The position numbers and the translations under genes were made by a program. Of a DNA stretch of 37,675 bases, positions 32,647 to 37,675 are shown one piece after another. Positions within the stretch are counted from its first letter, which is position 1; every line of letters begins with the position of its first letter. This DNA comes from Macrostomum lignano (taxonomy: Eukaryota), in contig NIVC01004699.1 of assembly GCA_002269645.1 (NCBI GenBank), forward strand, positions 1-37,675, written 5' to 3'. The notes beneath the pieces were generated by a model. That model was not told the origin of the DNA. It saw only the letters and a program-made list of their open reading frames with translations, and made no database searches.

Positions 32647-35003
32647 TCACACAATAGCGTTGGAGTACATCGAATACCGATCAACAGTCAATGGCTCGTC
32701 GTCACGCCGACATGAGCTTTCATTTCTTCGACGATGTCGCAACTCAGGCGTCTCGCCAACGTCGCTATGCCGACGTTCGTGACCGAAAGCGACAGAGTCG
32801 CCGTTGCCAATGTCGGAGTCATTAGCAACCGAAGTCGGTGCAGCGGGTTCAACTATCGAAGGAGCAGCTGCAGCGCCACCGGGCCATTCCGGGGAGTCGT
32901 TGAAATCGTCAGGCTTCTGACTGCTGGTCAGATCGCCGCAGCTGCGATAATTTCTGCGTAGCAACTGCAGACAACCGTAATAATCGTCGATATTGAAATC
33001 GGCTGTCGCGGATTCAACGCTGGCGGATTCTTTGCCATCTGTTGCTGCGGCGGCGGAGGCTGCTGAAGCGGCCGCGTTGGCAGAAGCTTCATCAGACTGA
33101 GCAGCCAAAATAATCTTATCGGCTAAAGAGTGCAAGAACCGACCAACAATGAGCTTGAGCACTATCAGGCTAGGAAGCACCAGCACGGTGAGGCACAATC
33201 CATTAACCAATTTGGCGCCCTCCGGCAATGCCAAATAAAGACTCATAGCAACTAAAACAAAGAGCGGCATAGGCGTCAGACCCATACGCCGGTTGAGGCT
33301 CAGGTACTGCCGATGCGAGCGCATCCTACGCAGGTCCAGAGCCACTCGCAGCGAGAATGATCGATAAACAGATGCTGGCATCTCGTTGAATTTGGCAATA
33401 AAAGCGTGCTTAACCGAATCCACAATGAGCTCGGTGATGAGCACTATCAGAGCGTCCGGGCAGATGTCAATAAAATGCGACAATTCCCAATTAACGGCTC
33501 GCATATTTCTCAGCAGTACAATTAGCAATAGCACGGCACAATGGAATCGCTCTCTGATATCTGCACAAGCCAGCTGGAACATGTTCTCTTCCGCAAATTT
33601 TCTAAATACGCTGCCTTTCAATTCGACAAAATTATTCGACATGATAATGGTGAGCAAGGTGCGATTGTGAGAATTGAAGCCAACATTTAGCGTCAAAGCT
33701 TGTAGTAGCATCAAACAGCTGTGCAGCGTTACCATGACAACGCTGAGAGCCCAGTTAAGCAATAGAAGCAGCGTAGACTCCAATGGTTTGGCAATGGTGA
33801 AGGCCAGGCCGTCGAGCACATCCTGACTGACTGCTGACAGTAGTCTGTCCGCAATTTCTAGCATGTTGAAAAAGATGTACAACTTGATAACAGACTGGCT
33901 GCGAATAAAATGATAAATCACGCTGGAGTCGGTTAGCTGCACAATTAAACACGTGGTGACTACTAGCAGTAGGCCGTGCAGGAGATCCGACTTTTGAGAG
34001 TGAAGCAAGCTGAAATTCACAATTTGAAAGGATTTACTGATATATTAAAAATACCCCTGTTTTTCAGCCATTTTTAAACATCCCAACCATGACTTTTTAA
34101 ATACCAATACGCGATAACAGAATCCACAATCCCAATATCAGAATCCGAGATCCCAATCCCAGAACTCAATCCCAGAATCCCAGATCCCAATCCCAGAATT
34201 CGATATCCCAGTCCCAGAATCCCAGATCCCAATCCCAGAATCCCAGATCCCAATTCCCAGAATACCAGATCCCAATGCTAGAATCTCAATACCCAGAATC
34301 CCAGATCCCAATTCCAGAATCACAGATCCCAATTCCCAGAATCCCAGATCCCAATTCCCAGAATCCCAGATCCCAATTCCCAGAATCCCAGATCCCAATT
34401 CCCAGAATCCCAGATCCCAATTCCCAGAATCTCAGATCCCAATTCCCAGAATCCCAGATCTCAATTCCCAGAATCCCAGATCCCAATTCCCAGAATCCCA
34501 GATCCCAATGCTAGAATCTCAATAGCCAGGATCCCAATTCCGGAATCAAAAGTCCCATTCCTGAAACGCCACTCCTTAAAATCGCATATCCAATAGTACA
34601 CAGCATCTGCAGCAATAACTCACTGAGCACGCCCATAGAACAGTCGCCACAGAGCGTAGGCGCACCTCAATGGCAGCAGGGTGCACAGGTGCAGCAAGGT
34701 GTCTAAACAAGCCAGCAAGCCAAACTGGATGAACCGTTCCATCGCCAGAGGAATAGTCAGAAAGGTGTACACCCGATGCCTGTGCGCTCGCAGCTTCTCG
34801 TCATCGTCCGGGCCACCGTAGGCTGACGTGACTTCAGCTCGAAGCGAGGACCACAGGCTTCGACGCGGTGTTTGAGCCAGCAGGGGTGCACCAAAATGGC
34901 CGCCATTGCCACCACCACTGCCATCTGGATTGGCAGAGGCCTGATGGCTTGGAGGCTTACTTGGAGAATAGTGATACTGCAATGTAGCAGGATTGGTGCT
35001 CAT
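32647..35003 (-). CDS. TAPT1: TAPT1 (transmembrane anterior posterior transformation 1; DUF747/Emp65 family), about 580 aa, 2 coding exons
   Basis: Exon 35003-34624 (ca|gtgagt) plus exon 34009-32647 (tttcag|) give 1743 nt in frame. Motifs LRAEVTSAY, RVYTFLTIP, CLDTLLHLCTLLPLR, IRSQSVIKLYIFFNMLEIADRL, TLNVGFNSHNRTLLTIIMSNNFVELKGSVFRKF, DIRERF, VDSVKHAFIAKFN. Confidence 0.96.
34125..34560. repeat. 22-bp minisatellite (atcccagatcccaattcccaga) in the TAPT1 intron
   Basis: Direct inspection; G-rich on the minus (TAPT1 sense) strand. Confidence 0.93.
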
Positions 35004-35859
35004 TTACAAATAAGTCTAATAACTTAAAGTGCAAAGTCGAATTTTAACATACTGTATATAATTTTATACAACTAAGAAAGATGGGCATTCTTTAGCACTA
35101 TATTGCTGTCATTTACTTAAAGAAAATTTAACACATTTCCTTCTCATTCTCCTTCTTCTCAAACTTCTCATTCAACTTAATCTAACCAGTGCATAAGTTA
35201 ATCAACTTAGAGTATAGCTAGCCAATTGTAAGCCTTTTGTATTCGACTAGCAAGTCCAATGGCTCTTTGGCTAAGTATTGCATAAATATAATTAAAGGGT
35301 GTCTAAGGCTAAGGATTCTAGGTTTATAAACTTACAAATTCATGATGTGAGAATTAAAAGTCAAAATGCTAGCTAGTATTTAGTCAAAAAGAACTATTAA
35401 CTCCCTAAAATTTAGGACTCAAGTAAAAGAGATTTTCAATATGATGTCAATCTTGTAGTTGGGTGGTAAGGGCTAAAGTTAAGCTAAATGCTTTCATTTT
35501 AAAAGGAGAACTCTTAAATCTTTGCATAGATTTAAGGACTTAAGCAATACAGAGTTTCAATGCTATATACATATTGTGGTTAGGTGGTGGGCTAATGTTA
35601 AGATGAATATTTTCACTTTCAATACAAAGGGAGCTCTTAAGTCCTAGGGTAAAGGACTCAAACACTTTTGATACCAACATAGATGTTACGGTTGGAATAG
35701 TAGAGGCTTAAGTTAAGATGAATGAAGCCAATGGGGAAGCCACCAGGCATTTGCCACTATTAAAGAAGGCTAGATTGCAAAGGAGGCAATTGTTCTCATA
35801 GAAGATCTTAGTAAGAATAGGAGATTTAGTGGCTAGTTACTACTTGAACATTAAAAATA

Positions 35860-36030
35860 GTAAGGAAAAAGAAGGGAGAAAGGAAAAGGGGAAAAGAGAA
35901 AGAAGGGAAAGACAAAAGAATGTAAAAAGAAAGGAGACATGAATGAGAGGAAAGAAAAAGAAAATGGGGAAAGAAAAAGAGAAAGAAGAGAGAAAAGGGA
36001 AAAGAAGAAATGAGAAGAGAGAGAATAGTC
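35860..36030 (+). repeat. Polypurine (A/G-rich) low-complexity tract
   Basis: About 170 nt made almost entirely of A and G. Confidence 0.8.
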
Positions 36031-37408
36031 AAAGGTTAATAAAGTTTATGTGTATTAAGTGCCATAAAAGCATTCTAGAGAACACAATTCATGGTTGCAT
36101 TTATAAAAGCTCCCAATTCCCCATTGTCAGGATCATATTATATAATATATATGCTAGAAGTTACTCAAAATATTTTTATTTTATACCTGGTACACTAGGC
36201 AAAATGCACTAATGCCAATGGTAAATCTTAAATATTATAGCCCTAGCTTACCCTAGCATTGATACCAAAATTTATATAGAGCAAAAACATAAACAATAAA
36301 AATATGGCATAGCCTTATCTAGGTCTAGAATAAGTGTATGTCCCACAATGTGCACCATATAGTATATGATATATATAAAAATTTAGGCATATGTACACTA
36401 TGAGACATTACAAAAAATGGAATAATTATAGACATGGTGGCCATGTCTATAATGTTGGAGCTTATAGGCATGTCTGCCAATACTGCTATGTCTATAGGCC
36501 TTAATATTAAGCACACATGGTAGCTACTATTACTTTAAATTATGGAAATAAATTTGCTATTCAATATTAATGACACTGCTGCTAGCACTGTGCAAGTATT
36601 ATAGACAGGGCTGCTATCTTTAGTATGAGATGCATTCTATATTATATAGGCTTAGTCTTAGACAAAGTTGCTGACTTTATAAGGTTTAATATTAGAGACA
36701 TGGCTGCCATTTTTATAAGTTTTTAGATTATAGATATAGACACAGCTGCCATGTCTCTAAGTGTGGCATTACAAAAAATGGTATACCAAGCCTTATTGCA
36801 ATGCATGGTAGTGCCAGACACCCATACTAATTGCCATAGTCTATATCATGCTTAGTGCATGCCCAAACAAAAATTGAATAGTTACAAATGCATGCCAAAA
36901 AAATTTAGTGCACACCTACCTTTTCTTTTTTACATTGCGAGTTGCAATAATAAATTACCTTTTTAGTATTAGTAGGCTTAAAGGCTAAAGAATCCTTTTT
37001 GGCAAATAATTTGGTTGCCTTTTATTAGTGTTCTACCACTGCACCTTTGTATCTCTGTAGCTGTAGCTATACCGAATTTTATCATGCCATCTCCATAGCC
37101 ATAATTTGTTATGTTTTAGATAGTCAAATCTCTGTAATCTAAATTTTTCTGTAGCCATATTAAAAATTAACAAAATTAACAAAAACTACTAATTTCCAAA
37201 GTGAAAAGCAAAATGTAAGGCTAAAGTGAAAGTGAGATCAAGCCATTAACAAAACTTCAAATTTAGTAATCTATAGATTTTAATATAATAGATTTAGTTT
37301 GGCTGTAACAAAGTCTGTGTGGCTTGCAGAGAGGAATCTTAGAGCTGGCCAAGCCTAGCTCTCTCAATAAATACCAGTTTATTTTCCAGCCTGACTAGGC
37401 TGACCAAT

Positions 37409-37675
37409 CGCCGCTACCTCTGTCGTGTTCGCGCTCCAGAGTACACACATGCGCGAGTACAATCCGAGAGAGAGAGAGAGAGAGAGACAGCCCCCCCATC
37501 CCCCACTCTGCACAGAAAGCGAAACGCAGTCACATCATCCTCCACACGTAGATGAAAAAAAAAAAAAAACAGCAACAAAAAAGAAACAAAAACAGGAGAA
37601 AAGAAAAACCAACCAGCCCAGAACACCACCCAAACCGTAAACAAAAAAAGTCGGTCAGGGAAAAAAACAAAAAAA
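37409..37675. other. CpG-containing segment with a CCAAT motif, a (GA)n run and A-rich tracts; possible promoter or UTR at the window edge
   Basis: CpGs return abruptly at 37409 (ccaatcgccgc); gagagagagagagagaga near 37466-37487; long A runs (U-rich on minus). Confidence 0.3.

Noticed and set aside
31579-32715. VTLATNL, LLGSPNW and RVTKLVA repeat ORFs
   Set aside because: A 21-bp minisatellite with multiple open frames on both strands and no unique coding context.
34138-34514. GSGILGIG and PESQIP repeat ORFs
   Set aside because: A 22-bp intronic minisatellite inside TAPT1.
35826-36212. Lys/Glu-rich and Phe/Leu-rich ORFs
   Set aside because: Translations of a polypurine low-complexity tract.

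Overview
Eukaryotic, animal genomic DNA with spliceosomal GT-AG introns; no prokaryotic features. Compact genes, polyQ/polyA-rich proteins and minisatellite-filled introns would fit a flatworm such as Macrostomum, but that is inference only. Five genes are recognisable and I assembled each by hand into an open frame: intronless RPB10/POLR2L (+, 5924-6115), a 4-exon DEG/ENaC channel subunit (-, 7041-9599), an Hmx/NK5 homeobox gene (-, 13468-14716), 8-exon MIOS of the GATOR2 complex (-, 20947-29886) and 2-exon TAPT1 (-, 32647-35003). Two orphan membrane-protein candidates are also present: a frame-disrupted multi-TM ORF at 3.6-4.55 kb and a signal-peptide plus single-TM ORF just upstream of the channel. 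Non-coding DNA holds about 15 tandem arrays, three copies of a tRNA-derived SINE with a CORE/Meta-like centre, and two copies of a fold-back MITE-like element. The most notable observations are two sharply bounded CpG-free blocks, a possible UGA-C readthrough polyQ extension on Hmx, tandem arrays in nearly every MIOS/TAPT1 intron and right after both stop codons, and a canonical G-quadruplex array on the TAPT1 pre-mRNA strand. I found no well-supported new multi-gene system; the orphan TM + DEG/ENaC + Hmx neighbourhood is the best speculative candidate. All counts and coordinates were made by eye and may be off by a few bases.
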